Assembly (NCBI GenBank): GCA_964555515.1
Contig: CAZKSJ010000003.1
Span: 6,486 to 62,536, forward strand
From: an uncultured Pseudomonadales bacterium
GTDB lineage: Bacteria; Patescibacteriota; Microgenomatia; UBA1400; PJMF01
Length of the DNA: 56,051 nt
Direction of reading: 5' to 3'
A model generated the notes under the pieces. That model was not told where the DNA came from. It saw only the letters and a list, made by a program, of their open reading frames with translations, and ran no database searches. The position numbers and the translations under genes are program-made. Each line of letters starts with the position of its first letter. Position 1 is the first letter of the stretch. Of the stretch, positions 1 through 8,945 are shown one piece after another.

Positions 1-76
1 TGATTGTTTCGCTCGCTGCGCTCGCGATTGGGAGTTATTTTGCTTATCAAACTGACAAGAAAGCCTGATTGTATAA

Positions 77-103
77 TTAGCAATCACCAAAGATGAGTGC
101 TTA
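77..103 (+). promoter_or_regulatory. CIRCE operator (HrcA-binding site) upstream of dnaJ
   Basis: TTAGCAATC-N9-GAGTGCTTA versus consensus TTAGCACTC-N9-GAGTGCTAA (2 mismatches); overlaps a TATAAT at 72-77; lies upstream of a chaperone gene. Confidence 0.85.
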
Positions 104-190
104 ACAATTAGTGCGGCCAGTGTTAAAATGATGGCTTGTTCATTTTAGAGAGTTATTAATAATTGGCAGCGATTATAAAATTGGTTCAAG

Positions 191-1048
191 ATGGCAACAA
201 AAAGAGATTACTACGAGATTTTGGGTGTGACCAAGAGTGCTACGGATGCAGATATCAAATCTGCTTACCGCAAGAAAGCACTGCAGTGGCATCCAGACAA
301 AAACCCCAATAACAAGGCAGAGGCAGAAAAAAAGTTTAAAGAGATCAATGAGGCTTATCAAGTGCTTTCTGACAAGCAAAAAAGAGCTTCTTATGACCAA
401 TTTGGTCACTCGGCTTTTGATCCGGCTGGTGGCATGGGTGGTAACCCGTTTGGTGGTGGCTTTAGACAGGGACCATTTACTTACACCTACACCACGGGTG
501 GTAGTCCCAACATGAACTATGACTTTGAAGACCCGTTTGAGATTTTTGAACAATTTTTTGGCGGTGGTTTTGGCAGAGCTCGTCAGCAAAGACCGCGTTA
601 TTCATTGCAGATAGATTTTATGGAGGCGGTGAAAGGGACGACGAAGGATGTGGAAATTGAAGGCAAACGTAAAAAGATTAAAGTACCGGCTGGTGCCAAT
701 GATGGTACCAGAATCAGATTTGATGACTTTGATGTGACGATCAACGTGCGTACTCACGATCGTTTCAAGCGTGATGGCTACGATTTATTTGTTGATCAAA
801 AAATTCCTTATTCTGAGGCGCTTTTAGGTGGGAGCACCGAGGTGAAGACGATTGATAATTCTTTGAAATTAAAGATTAGGCCAGGTACAGCTTCTCATAC
901 CATGGTCAGACTACGCGGTGAGGGTGTACCGCATTTGCAGGGATCGGGCAAAGGGGATTTGTACGTCCGACTGATTGTGTCGGTGCCCGAGAAATTGACC
1001 AGTGATCAAAAAAGGGCGGCGCAGGAGTTGCAAAGGGTGGGGTTGTAA
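191..1048 (+). CDS. dnaJ: DnaJ-family co-chaperone, class B (no zinc finger)
   Basis: J domain (DYYEILGV...HPD), G/F-rich linker, C-terminal domain (GDLYV); no CxxCxGxG repeats. Confidence 0.93.
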   Translation: MATKRDYYEILGVTKSATDADIKSAYRKKALQWHPDKNPNNKAEAEKKFKEINEAYQVLSDKQKRASYDQFGHSAFDPAGGMGGNPFGGGFRQGPFTYTYTTGGSPNMNYDFEDPFEIFEQFFGGGFGRARQQRPRYSLQIDFMEAVKGTTKDVEIEGKRKKIKVPAGANDGTRIRFDDFDVTINVRTHDRFKRDGYDLFVDQKIPYSEALLGGSTEVKTIDNSLKLKIRPGTASHTMVRLRGEGVPHLQGSGKGDLYVRLIVSVPEKLTSDQKRAAQELQRVGL

Positions 1049-1129
1049 CTGCCGTCAATACTAGGTTGAAGTTTCATTGACTGCATTGTTTCTTGTTGAA
1101 GTAAATGAAAATGTCCGAGCATAAATCAA

Positions 1130-1666
1130 TTAGGTTGGTTTTTTGCTGGTGAGGAATTCTTTGCCGGCGGGTAAGCGGCCAATTTTAATCGCGATTTGAT
1201 GGTTGGGTACTAATAATTCACCTGAAGCAATTTGGAGTTGATCTGTCCGCTCATCAATTCCGATAATGTCACTACCCTTGACAGTTGTGTAATCGATCTC
1301 TCCCTGTTCATCAATTGGTTGCCACTGCACAAACACCAGCCATCTTGTAGAAGCGAAAAGCTCCTGCCAGGACTGTGGTAGCGGGCTATCAAATGTTGGA
1401 TTTAGATATTTTTGTTTAATACTAGTGGTTTGCTCAATGGTTTGAGTCACGTCTAAATTCAGCAACCCGGCAAGGGTAGTGATGACCCATTCATGCTTGT
1501 GTAAATTGAGTTGTTCGATCAATTTTGGAAAGTCTATTGGTAGGCGGTGTTGAGGGTCATAGCCAACCTCTGAAAGTGAATCGGGTGACGAGTCTCCTGT
1601 GGGCTGTTGATCAGTTGTTGGAATATCTGGGGTTGTGATTGTTGAATATTCGGGAGTACTAATCAT
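1130..1666 (-). CDS. Hypothetical protein (178 aa)
   Basis: ORF track gives 1130..1942, but that extension overlaps the divergent gene; ATG at 1666 follows a TAGTCT -10-like hexamer by 7 nt. Confidence 0.55.
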   Translation of the reverse strand: MISTPEYSTITTPDIPTTDQQPTGDSSPDSLSEVGYDPQHRLPIDFPKLIEQLNLHKHEWVITTLAGLLNLDVTQTIEQTTSIKQKYLNPTFDSPLPQSWQELFASTRWLVFVQWQPIDEQGEIDYTTVKGSDIIGIDERTDQLQIASGELLVPNHQIAIKIGRLPAGKEFLTSKKPT

Positions 1667-1929
1667 GACTGGTAGACTATGCCGAAAGCCTATAAGTGCC
1701 AAGGCGATCATTTGAGTTATGTCCAGCTTTGAGAAAACTCCTCGAAAGGTTGTACGAAGATGCGGAGAGGAGATGGAATTGTTTGACTGATGAGGAAATG
1801 GAGGGAAATTAAGACTGCGATTAGGATGGAGGCCGGGACGAGGGCAAGTGAGATTTTTATATCTTTGAAACTTGAAAATGCAAAAACCTTGGTTGTAATC
1901 AACCTTAAAAGTCTTTAAACTAAGTAACA

Positions 1930-3675
1930 ATGCCCGAACCACAAGATTTTATTAATCAGTCTAGAACAGTTGGTAAGTCTGATCAAGCGATTTATCAGGA
2001 ATTGAAGGCTGTGGGGTGGACTGATCAGCAATTACAGGATCATTTTCCTAATTTGATCACAAGTAGTGCTGCGCCTGCGGCGCAGCACGATCAAACGGTA
2101 GCTAGCGCGCAAACTGCATCTAAAAGATGGCCGGTGATTATTGGGGTATCGGTGCTCGCGATCTTAATGGCCGCCGCCGGTTTTGCGGTTTATCAATATT
2201 GGCTGGAGCAACAAGTTGAGCCAGAGCCACTAAGCCCGGTGCCAGATCAGGCGGCGGCCACTCCCTCTGCCCAGCTAAACGAGTTTGCCGCTCAAAAAGT
2301 GGCCACGATGGGTGTGGTCGTTTATTCGCTCACTGATGAGACTACCGATCAAATCAAAGTGATGAGTCTTGATCTCAACGCGAGTGCTTCAGCTGATCTG
2401 TATGCACTGCCTGCCAGCGATAGTGCGGAGTTGACTGCCGGTAATTGGTCACCAGACGGCAGATACTTGCCCATCACCGTCGCTGCTGGCCAACCGCAAG
2501 CACTGTTCTATGATAAATACACCAGTCAGGTTGCCCGTTATCAAGCCGAATTATCCAATCCTTGGGAAATTATTCCAGGATTTGTGGCTTACTGGTCTTC
2601 TGGTACGACTGCAGTCATTACTCAGCAAACTGACTCACAAACCGACCAACTCACGAGAACTGAAATCTCTTTAGCAGGCCAGGTTACCACTAGTGAAGTG
2701 AGTCAGCGGGTCAAGTATGGTAATGAGCAGTTTGTTTTAGATTATGGTCAAGTAGGTACCAAGAGTGCCGATTTAGTGCTCACTAGTCAATCGGTACCGG
2801 TGGTACTGATCAAGAACGCTCCGTTCAAACCTTTACCTGATTTGGTGCCAGTTGGAGTATATGGCAATCAAGCATTCTTCTACAAAATTGAAAAAGCAGC
2901 GCAGGCAGAGACGGCTAACCCATTATTGCATGCTGCAGAACAAAACCTAGCATCAAATCCCGCCCCAAACCCAGAATTGGTTGATCCCACCATGGCGCAG
3001 CGTTCTAGGACTGCTCCCACCGCCGGCCTAACTGACCAAGTTGTTGCCCCAGATATGATCTCAGGTTCGAGTAATCCACAGCAGCTGTTGGCGCTGGCGA
3101 GTGACCCTGCCGCCACAAGCGGCGCCGTTTTAGGCGTGACCAATCCCACTGGTTTAGAAACGCATCTGCTTATTTATGACGTGGTACAGGGTACTCAACT
3201 GAGTAACGAAGTGGTGTCCACGCCTGGATGGCTCACTTCCAAGATCATCGTTCACCCCACCACCGGCCAACTCTACATTTTGGAATACCAAGAGCTTGAT
3301 GCCAGCGGCAACGGTTTGGTGCAGCTCAAAAAATTGGCGTTGGTCAATGCGGCAAGTCAGGCAACCGATCAACCGCCAGAACAAGCCACATCATCGGCTG
3401 CAACGGTAGTGCCAGAGGTTGAAGCGGCAGAAGAAACATCTGTTGTCATCACTTTTGCCGCAAAAACTACCAATCTTGATGATCCCTTTGCCATTCCTGG
3501 TCAGTTTGAGTTTACCGCCGATGGTAAATGGTTTGTCTACAGAACACTGGATAACAAGACTGGTAGCGAGCAGTTCAAAGCCACCAGCTTAAACTCAACC
3601 GAAGAGGCGACAATTTGTACCGTCAACTGCGGCTTTGTGAGTGCTTTCAACCCCATGACGCCCAACACTCGTTAA
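1930..3675 (+). CDS. Single-pass membrane protein with large extracellular beta-rich (possibly propeller) region
   Basis: N-terminal helical GW-motif domain, TM helix (WPVIIGVSVLAILMAAAGFAVY), WSPDGRYL and FTADGKWF TolB-like motifs. Confidence 0.75.
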   Translation: MPEPQDFINQSRTVGKSDQAIYQELKAVGWTDQQLQDHFPNLITSSAAPAAQHDQTVASAQTASKRWPVIIGVSVLAILMAAAGFAVYQYWLEQQVEPEPLSPVPDQAAATPSAQLNEFAAQKVATMGVVVYSLTDETTDQIKVMSLDLNASASADLYALPASDSAELTAGNWSPDGRYLPITVAAGQPQALFYDKYTSQVARYQAELSNPWEIIPGFVAYWSSGTTAVITQQTDSQTDQLTRTEISLAGQVTTSEVSQRVKYGNEQFVLDYGQVGTKSADLVLTSQSVPVVLIKNAPFKPLPDLVPVGVYGNQAFFYKIEKAAQAETANPLLHAAEQNLASNPAPNPELVDPTMAQRSRTAPTAGLTDQVVAPDMISGSSNPQQLLALASDPAATSGAVLGVTNPTGLETHLLIYDVVQGTQLSNEVVSTPGWLTSKIIVHPTTGQLYILEYQELDASGNGLVQLKKLALVNAASQATDQPPEQATSSAATVVPEVEAAEETSVVITFAAKTTNLDDPFAIPGQFEFTADGKWFVYRTLDNKTGSEQFKATSLNSTEEATICTVNCGFVSAFNPMTPNTR

Positions 3676-3692
3676 CAAGAAACTTCAACCAT

Positions 3693-4409
3693 ATGCTTGG
3701 TGCAAGACTGATGTCCGTGTCACAAAATAGTCAACCTAGTCAGGCACTTCCGGACTGGTGGGTAGTTGAGGGAGAAACTTGCTTGGCCGCGTACGATGCA
3801 ACCTGGACGAGTTCTTTAGAAACCACTTACAGTAATCTTGCCAATCCTGGCACTTATACAATTTCGTCCGCAAGCCCCCCAACTCTTTCCAATGGCTTGG
3901 GTTGGGTTTTTGATGGCAATGATGACTATCTGGATACAACATTTATCCCTGCATATACCATGACTATCATTGTGGCTTTTGCCGATTTGACTAAAAATGG
4001 CGAAGGCGTCCTTTCCTATGCTTACTTGTATGGAGTCACAGAATCAACCCCAACTAGACGATATGTGATGAATTTTGTTGATTATTTTGGTTCCGGAAAA
4101 GGCTTTTTAATTGCACACGGAGATGATGGTTCAGTTGGAACATATACGGTTGCAGGAAATCCATCCTCAATTAGTGGTGTGTACGCGCAAGCACAGCGTA
4201 GCTCATATTATGACGGAGTTTACACTAGAACAATTGCTGCTCCCAGCATCGATGCTATGACAAGATCAATGGTATTGGGAGCACACAGAAACGCGGCCAA
4301 TGCACTTGAGGACTTTACTCAAGTGACAATTAAAGCTGTGGCTTGTTATGACGATGCTTTGTCTAGTGCTGACATTGCTGCCCTTGCCACCCGCATGGCG
4401 GCGCTCTAA
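3693..4409 (+). CDS. LamG/ConA-like lectin-fold protein with MLGARLMS N-terminal tag (putative adhesin tip A)
   Basis: Start moved to ATG 3693 to match the shared tag; FDGNDDYLDT and IKAVACYDDALS LamG-like motifs; clear paralogue of 55209..55892; no hydrophobic signal peptide. Confidence 0.8.
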   Translation: MLGARLMSVSQNSQPSQALPDWWVVEGETCLAAYDATWTSSLETTYSNLANPGTYTISSASPPTLSNGLGWVFDGNDDYLDTTFIPAYTMTIIVAFADLTKNGEGVLSYAYLYGVTESTPTRRYVMNFVDYFGSGKGFLIAHGDDGSVGTYTVAGNPSSISGVYAQAQRSSYYDGVYTRTIAAPSIDAMTRSMVLGAHRNAANALEDFTQVTIKAVACYDDALSSADIAALATRMAAL

Positions 4410-4439
4410 TAACCGTCTCTTCTCTCCAAAATTAATATT

Positions 4440-4448
4440 TGTTATACT
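4440..4448 (+). promoter_or_regulatory. Extended -10 promoter element
   Basis: TGTTATACT (TGn-TATACT) about 50 nt upstream of ATG 4500. Confidence 0.5.
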
Positions 4449-4499
4449 GATTTCAACTAGAAAAATTAGTTAGTGATTAAATAACGGAATTTCGAATTT

Positions 4500-5288
4500 A
4501 TGCTAGGTGCTAGGATGATGGCTGCTTCATCTAGTGTGGGTGGTTGGTCACCAGCAAATTTAGCATCAGTAGTAGCTTGGTATGATTTTGGTGATCCAAC
4601 CTCACTTTTTAGCGATGCCGGAATTTCACAGGTTAATGCAAATGGGCAAAAAATATATCAAGCGAATGACAAAAGTGGTCACGGAAATCATATTTTACAG
4701 ACGGATGGTACTTATCGGCCGGAATACCAAATTAACATCCAAAATGGCCTATCCTTGGCACGCTTTTTTCAAGAATCAAACAGGTTTATGTACCGCGATG
4801 TGTTGTGGTCTGGCACAAGCGGATACACTGTTGTTATGGTTACAAAACCCACGGCAAATGGTGTCACCTCATACTTAATTAATAATGGCAAACACAACTC
4901 ATCTGGCTCTAACATGTTTGTAACCGCAGAACTTGCCGCCAGATATTACACCTATATTAAGGTATTTTCCTCAACACTACCAACCAATGCGTTTTCAATT
5001 CTAGCGGTCAAGTTGGCAAGTTCATCAACTTCCTCAAATACCACGGCATATTTGAATGGTGGGGTAGCCCTTGGCCAGCAGACCGCCGTCGATGGACCTA
5101 TCAACATCTCTGCAGATGGTAAATTTTGCATCAACGCTCAATATACTGGTACTGGCTATGGTATTTATAGTGGTCAGGATGCCTGTGAAATTATCGTGTG
5201 TGACGATGATTTGGCCACTCAGAATTTAAATCTTGCTGGAAATTATCTAGCAGAAAAGTGGGGATTAAGTTGGACTAATATTTCCTAA
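4500..5288 (+). CDS. LamG-like lectin-fold protein with MLGARMMAA tag (putative adhesin tip B)
   Basis: AWYDFGD...DKSGHGNH...EIIVCD...YLAEKWG pattern typical of phage/surface ConA-like domains; no signal peptide. Confidence 0.8.
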   Translation: MLGARMMAASSSVGGWSPANLASVVAWYDFGDPTSLFSDAGISQVNANGQKIYQANDKSGHGNHILQTDGTYRPEYQINIQNGLSLARFFQESNRFMYRDVLWSGTSGYTVVMVTKPTANGVTSYLINNGKHNSSGSNMFVTAELAARYYTYIKVFSSTLPTNAFSILAVKLASSSTSSNTTAYLNGGVALGQQTAVDGPINISADGKFCINAQYTGTGYGIYSGQDACEIIVCDDDLATQNLNLAGNYLAEKWGLSWTNIS

Positions 5289-5388
5289 TTGTTTGGGTTA
5301 GGTATTCACTAACTCCAAACTATGCAGATTTACGTGATTGAAAACTAGATCTCAACAGTCATCAACGAATTAAGTTAGGAAGGTTAGA

Positions 5389-6696
5389 TTATCTTCTCCT
5401 GAGGAAGAAAATCCAAATCAGCAAGCCGATAACTAATAGACCGACTAATCCTAAGACCACCCGCACTTGCCAAGAACCAAACGGGTTGGTGGGGGCAATT
5501 TCAATAGTAAATGCATGCTCTGCCACTTGCCCATCAAGGGAAACCGCTTGTTCTCCTACCTGATCATTGTAGGCAATGACCACCTTGTGTTCGCCCTTTT
5601 CCACATCCTTGAAAACTGCAATGCCCTCAGCATCAGTGGTGGCTTCTCTGGGGGTAGAAAACAAAGTCACCTTAGCTCCCTGTACAGGGTTATTTTTGGT
5701 ATCAACCACCTTAACTTTGACGTCATAGGTAGCGGGCTGAGCTTGCTCCTCAGTTTCTTCCTCCTCTTCGTCTTCCTCTGAGTCAACTAGCTGCTCATCA
5801 TCTGCAACTTCAGTTGTTTGTGTTGGTTTTGTAGTCAGCGGTGTCGTTGATTGATCGGTGACTTGAGTGGGAAAAATTCTGCTACCAATCACAAGATAAG
5901 CTGCCGGTAAATTAGTGGTTCTACCATTTGGCCCGGTGGCCTGAATTTGCAGGTTGTATCTACCGCTAGCAACTGCGTTTTCAAAAGTGCAAGACCAACT
6001 AGAATCAGCCGCGACTGTGCTTTCACAGCGAGCGGTTTCAGTGCCATCCAAGGACAGCATAATTTTTAAGCTCGAGTTGGCGGAGGCGATGCCTCTCATC
6101 TCTGGTTGAGTATCAGCCACAAACGCCGTATCAGCAACCGTACTAGTCGTCAAACTCACCTCACGGTTATCGATTTTGGTTAGTACCAACACTGGGTGGC
6201 TGAAATCGACATTGAGAGTTCTCGAATCTGAATTGCGCTCGTTACCAACGCCATCGATCGTACGAACACGCCATCTCCTGGCGCCGCTGCTTAGCTTATG
6301 CTCATCTTTCTTGGCTTTAGCCTCGATATGGTCACCATCGTAGCGAATCCATTTGTCGTCATCTTCCCTAAAATAATCATCATCACTTTCTTGATTAGGC
6401 GGGATGTTATCAATAATCACGACATCATCAACGATGACTTGATATTTCGAAATAGAGGATGATTCATCAGTGGTTTTTTTCCAGCGAAAAGTGGGCAATT
6501 CATCGGCCGTAATGGCATTATCTGCAGGCCGATCTAGATCAAATGAGAGTGGCGGAGTATTATCGCCAGAGCCGTAAGGACCAGTACCATACTGAGTTGA
6601 TCCATAAGGAGCGGCTAGTACCAGGGTTATTGGTAATAACAACAACGCAAACGTGATCAAAAATGAGAAGAAAATTTTTCTAGAAATAACCAACAT
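5389..6696 (-). CDS. Membrane-anchored surface stalk protein (signal peptide, YG repeats, Ig/FN3-like domains, carboxypeptidase-regulatory-like domain, C-terminal TM)
   Basis: MLVISRKIFF...VLA|APYGSTQYGTGPYGSG; Ig-like beta domains; acidic linker; PVQGAKVTL...TTDAEGIAVF; C-terminal TM followed by RRR; start moved to ATG 6696. Confidence 0.8.
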   Translation of the reverse strand: MLVISRKIFFSFLITFALLLLPITLVLAAPYGSTQYGTGPYGSGDNTPPLSFDLDRPADNAITADELPTFRWKKTTDESSSISKYQVIVDDVVIIDNIPPNQESDDDYFREDDDKWIRYDGDHIEAKAKKDEHKLSSGARRWRVRTIDGVGNERNSDSRTLNVDFSHPVLVLTKIDNREVSLTTSTVADTAFVADTQPEMRGIASANSSLKIMLSLDGTETARCESTVAADSSWSCTFENAVASGRYNLQIQATGPNGRTTNLPAAYLVIGSRIFPTQVTDQSTTPLTTKPTQTTEVADDEQLVDSEEDEEEEETEEQAQPATYDVKVKVVDTKNNPVQGAKVTLFSTPREATTDAEGIAVFKDVEKGEHKVVIAYNDQVGEQAVSLDGQVAEHAFTIEIAPTNPFGSWQVRVVLGLVGLLVIGLLIWIFFLRRR

Positions 6697-6771
6697 ACTT
6701 CTTAATAATATGTCATTTAACTTTAATGCACAAGACATTATAATGAGGCAAGTAATAATAAGGAAAGTATT

Positions 6772-6951
6772 ATGTTCGGTTTGGGCGTACCCGAATTATT
6801 AGTGATTTTGGTGATTTTGCTGTTGCTTTTTGGCAGTAGCAAATTGCCTAAGCTATCTAGAAGTATTGGCGAATCTTTGCGGGAGTTGAAAAAGGGGATG
6901 GAAGTGACGGATGATGCTTCAGATTCTAAGTCAAAGGATAAAAAGTCTTAA
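6772..6951 (+). CDS. tatA: Twin-arginine translocase subunit TatA (59 aa; not in ORF track)
   Basis: Hand translation MFGLGVPELLVILVILLLLFGSSKLPKLSRSIGESLRELKKGMEVTDDASDSKSKDKKS: TM helix, FG hinge, KLP, amphipathic helix; AGGAAAG RBS and TATAAT (6739-6744) upstream; directly precedes tatC. Confidence 0.95.
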   Translation: MFGLGVPELLVILVILLLLFGSSKLPKLSRSIGESLRELKKGMEVTDDASDSKSKDKKS

Positions 6952-6969
6952 TATCCACTCGGATTGCCA

Positions 6970-7701
6970 ATGAAAAATGATCAAACCGTCGTGCAGCACT
7001 TGGAAGAACTGCGTGGTTATTTGCTGTGGTATGTATTGTCGTTGATTCTTTTTGCTGTGATAGGATACCTCATTAGGGAAAAGTTGATCGGTTTATTGCT
7101 AGCACCATTGCAATCACCGGTTTTTTATGCGAGTCCCACCGAGGGTTTTGACTTAAGCATGCAGATAGCGGTCATTTTTAGTTTTTTAGTAAATCTGCCT
7201 TTGTTGTTATATTTGTCAGGCAGTTATTTGAGGCCTGTTTTTGATCAAGATATTAGCAGAATGATTTGGTGGTTGAGTGGTTTGTCGTTGATATTGATGA
7301 TTGCGGGGGTCGGATTTGCCTATTTAGTGACTTTGCCACTAACTTTATCATTTCTCTTAAAACTGGGATCTGAACAGATCCAACCCTTGCTCTCAGCGAG
7401 CAAGTATGTCGCGTTTATTGCCAGGTATTTATTGGCTTTTGGCATTGTTTTTCAAACACCGGTGATTATCTTAATTCTCAACAATTGGTGGCAGATATCT
7501 GTCAAAAAAATGTGGAGTTATTTAAGATACGTGATTGTGGGTGCTGTCATTTTGGCAGCAGTAATTACGCCTACAGTGGATATCATTAATCAGTTGTTGG
7601 TGGCAGGACCGCTGATTATACTATATTTGCTTACTTTATTGATGTTGGCTGCCATTAACATTGACCGCTTTTATTTGAAGAGCATCTTTACAAAGACTTA
7701 A
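6970..7701 (+). CDS. tatC: Twin-arginine translocase subunit TatC
   Basis: HLEELR motif, six TM segments, FGIVFQTP, ITPTVDIINQ...P..ILY. Confidence 0.93.
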   Translation: MKNDQTVVQHLEELRGYLLWYVLSLILFAVIGYLIREKLIGLLLAPLQSPVFYASPTEGFDLSMQIAVIFSFLVNLPLLLYLSGSYLRPVFDQDISRMIWWLSGLSLILMIAGVGFAYLVTLPLTLSFLLKLGSEQIQPLLSASKYVAFIARYLLAFGIVFQTPVIILILNNWWQISVKKMWSYLRYVIVGAVILAAVITPTVDIINQLLVAGPLIILYLLTLLMLAAINIDRFYLKSIFTKT

Positions 7702-7811
7702 GTAAAGAGCGCTAATCTGTACTTGCTGTGGAAATTCTCATTACATAGCTACTCCTGGTTTGTTACTTCTAGAATGGCTAAATAATAAAGATTAATGCCT
7801 AGCTTAAGTTA

Positions 7812-8594
7812 TCAAACAATAGGCTGGAGAGCGAGTATTTCTGAATCAAGCCGCACCGCACCTTCGTTATATAACCACCTTATCTGTTCTTCAGACAATA
7901 GATAGTTTTTCCAATAAGCAGCCTTGGCAATTTTATGATTTAACAAAAAACTTGTTGCAAAATCTTCATTTAGGGCACCAAAAATCAAATTTGGAGAACG
8001 AGAAGAGTAATTCTGATTAGGATATCCAACTCCTTGAGAAATTCCATCAATGAAAAATTCGCATTTTCCGTCGGGGTCATTTACCATGGTGATGTGATAA
8101 GGCGTGTTTGTTGTGGGTGGACTGGTTGAAAGAATGTTAGCGGCTGTACCAGCTGCTCCAGACCCATAAAAGTACGATAGTTGTATGGCAGCACTGGGGC
8201 AAATAATACCTGGGCCAAACACATAAATACCATTTATTCTATTTCCTCCAGTTCCTTGGCAAAATCCGTAGGGACTACCAAGAACAGGAGGTAACGTATT
8301 TATTTTTAACCAAAAGGAGATGCAAAACGTATCTTCTGTATTAATTTGTAATAAATTGCTATCATAATCAAAATGCAACCAATTATGACCAACGCCGTCA
8401 AAGACGGCACACGCACCTAAATCATCATCATTAGCGTATCCCACGGATCCAGTTTCAAGTAAGTTATTCTCCCCAATGAAATCCAAGCGACTCCCAGAAC
8501 TTTCCAACATTGGCCAATATGCGTTTGGCAAGACTGGAGGCGTTAAATTAGACGCTGTTCTTGCTGCAGCAGACAGCATTTTGACACTAAGCAT
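7812..8594 (-). CDS. LamG-like protein with MLSVKMLSAAA tag (putative adhesin tip C)
   Basis: AYWPM, FDG, FCISFWLK, YHITMV, FFIDG, LSEEQIRWLYN LamG motifs; no signal peptide. Confidence 0.8.
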   Translation of the reverse strand: MLSVKMLSAAARTASNLTPPVLPNAYWPMLESSGSRLDFIGENNLLETGSVGYANDDDLGACAVFDGVGHNWLHFDYDSNLLQINTEDTFCISFWLKINTLPPVLGSPYGFCQGTGGNRINGIYVFGPGIICPSAAIQLSYFYGSGAAGTAANILSTSPPTTNTPYHITMVNDPDGKCEFFIDGISQGVGYPNQNYSSRSPNLIFGALNEDFATSFLLNHKIAKAAYWKNYLLSEEQIRWLYNEGAVRLDSEILALQPIV

Positions 8595-8638
8595 GGTTGA
8601 CGATCTTATTTGTGGATTGTTAGGATTTTGTTTTTTCT

Positions 8639-8667
8639 AGTATACTTGACTGTCAATCATCAATCAA
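8639..8667 (-). promoter_or_regulatory. Sigma70-type promoter for 7812..8594
   Basis: TTGATT-N17-TATACT on minus strand; spacer contains palindrome TTGAC-T-GTCAA (8646-8656). Confidence 0.55.
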
Positions 8668-8688
8668 CGATTACGAGAACTTTTCCAG

Positions 8689-8718
8689 TTGAAATTTGAT
8701 TAAGGGAGTTGCTATAGT
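8689..8718 (+). promoter_or_regulatory. Promoter for 8751-9473 two-gene unit
   Basis: TTGAAA-N18-TATAGT with TGn extension. Confidence 0.45.
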
Positions 8719-8750
8719 ATGATGAATGACGGTTTTTGAGGATATGAGTT

Positions 8751-8933
8751 ATGTTTTACCAATGCGAAAAAATACTTCGTCGCAAGATGTCAAGAAAAGA
8801 ATTTTTGGTGTTTTTAGGTATGTTTACATTTTCTTTGCTGGGAATTTCGGGATTATTGAGGCGGTTTAATGTTTGGCAACAATCAAATCTGGGTTCAAGT
8901 AAACCTTATAGTGGGGGCAAGTATGGATTGTAA
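8751..8933 (+). CDS. Small Tat-signal-like membrane peptide with Tyr-Gly tail
   Basis: SRKEFL (variant of S-R-R-x-F-L-K), hydrophobic helix, short tail ending PYSGGKYGL; GAGGA RBS; 12 nt upstream of next gene. Confidence 0.75.
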   Translation: MFYQCEKILRRKMSRKEFLVFLGMFTFSLLGISGLLRRFNVWQQSNLGSSKPYSGGKYGL

Positions 8934-8945
8934 AGAATAGGCAAT

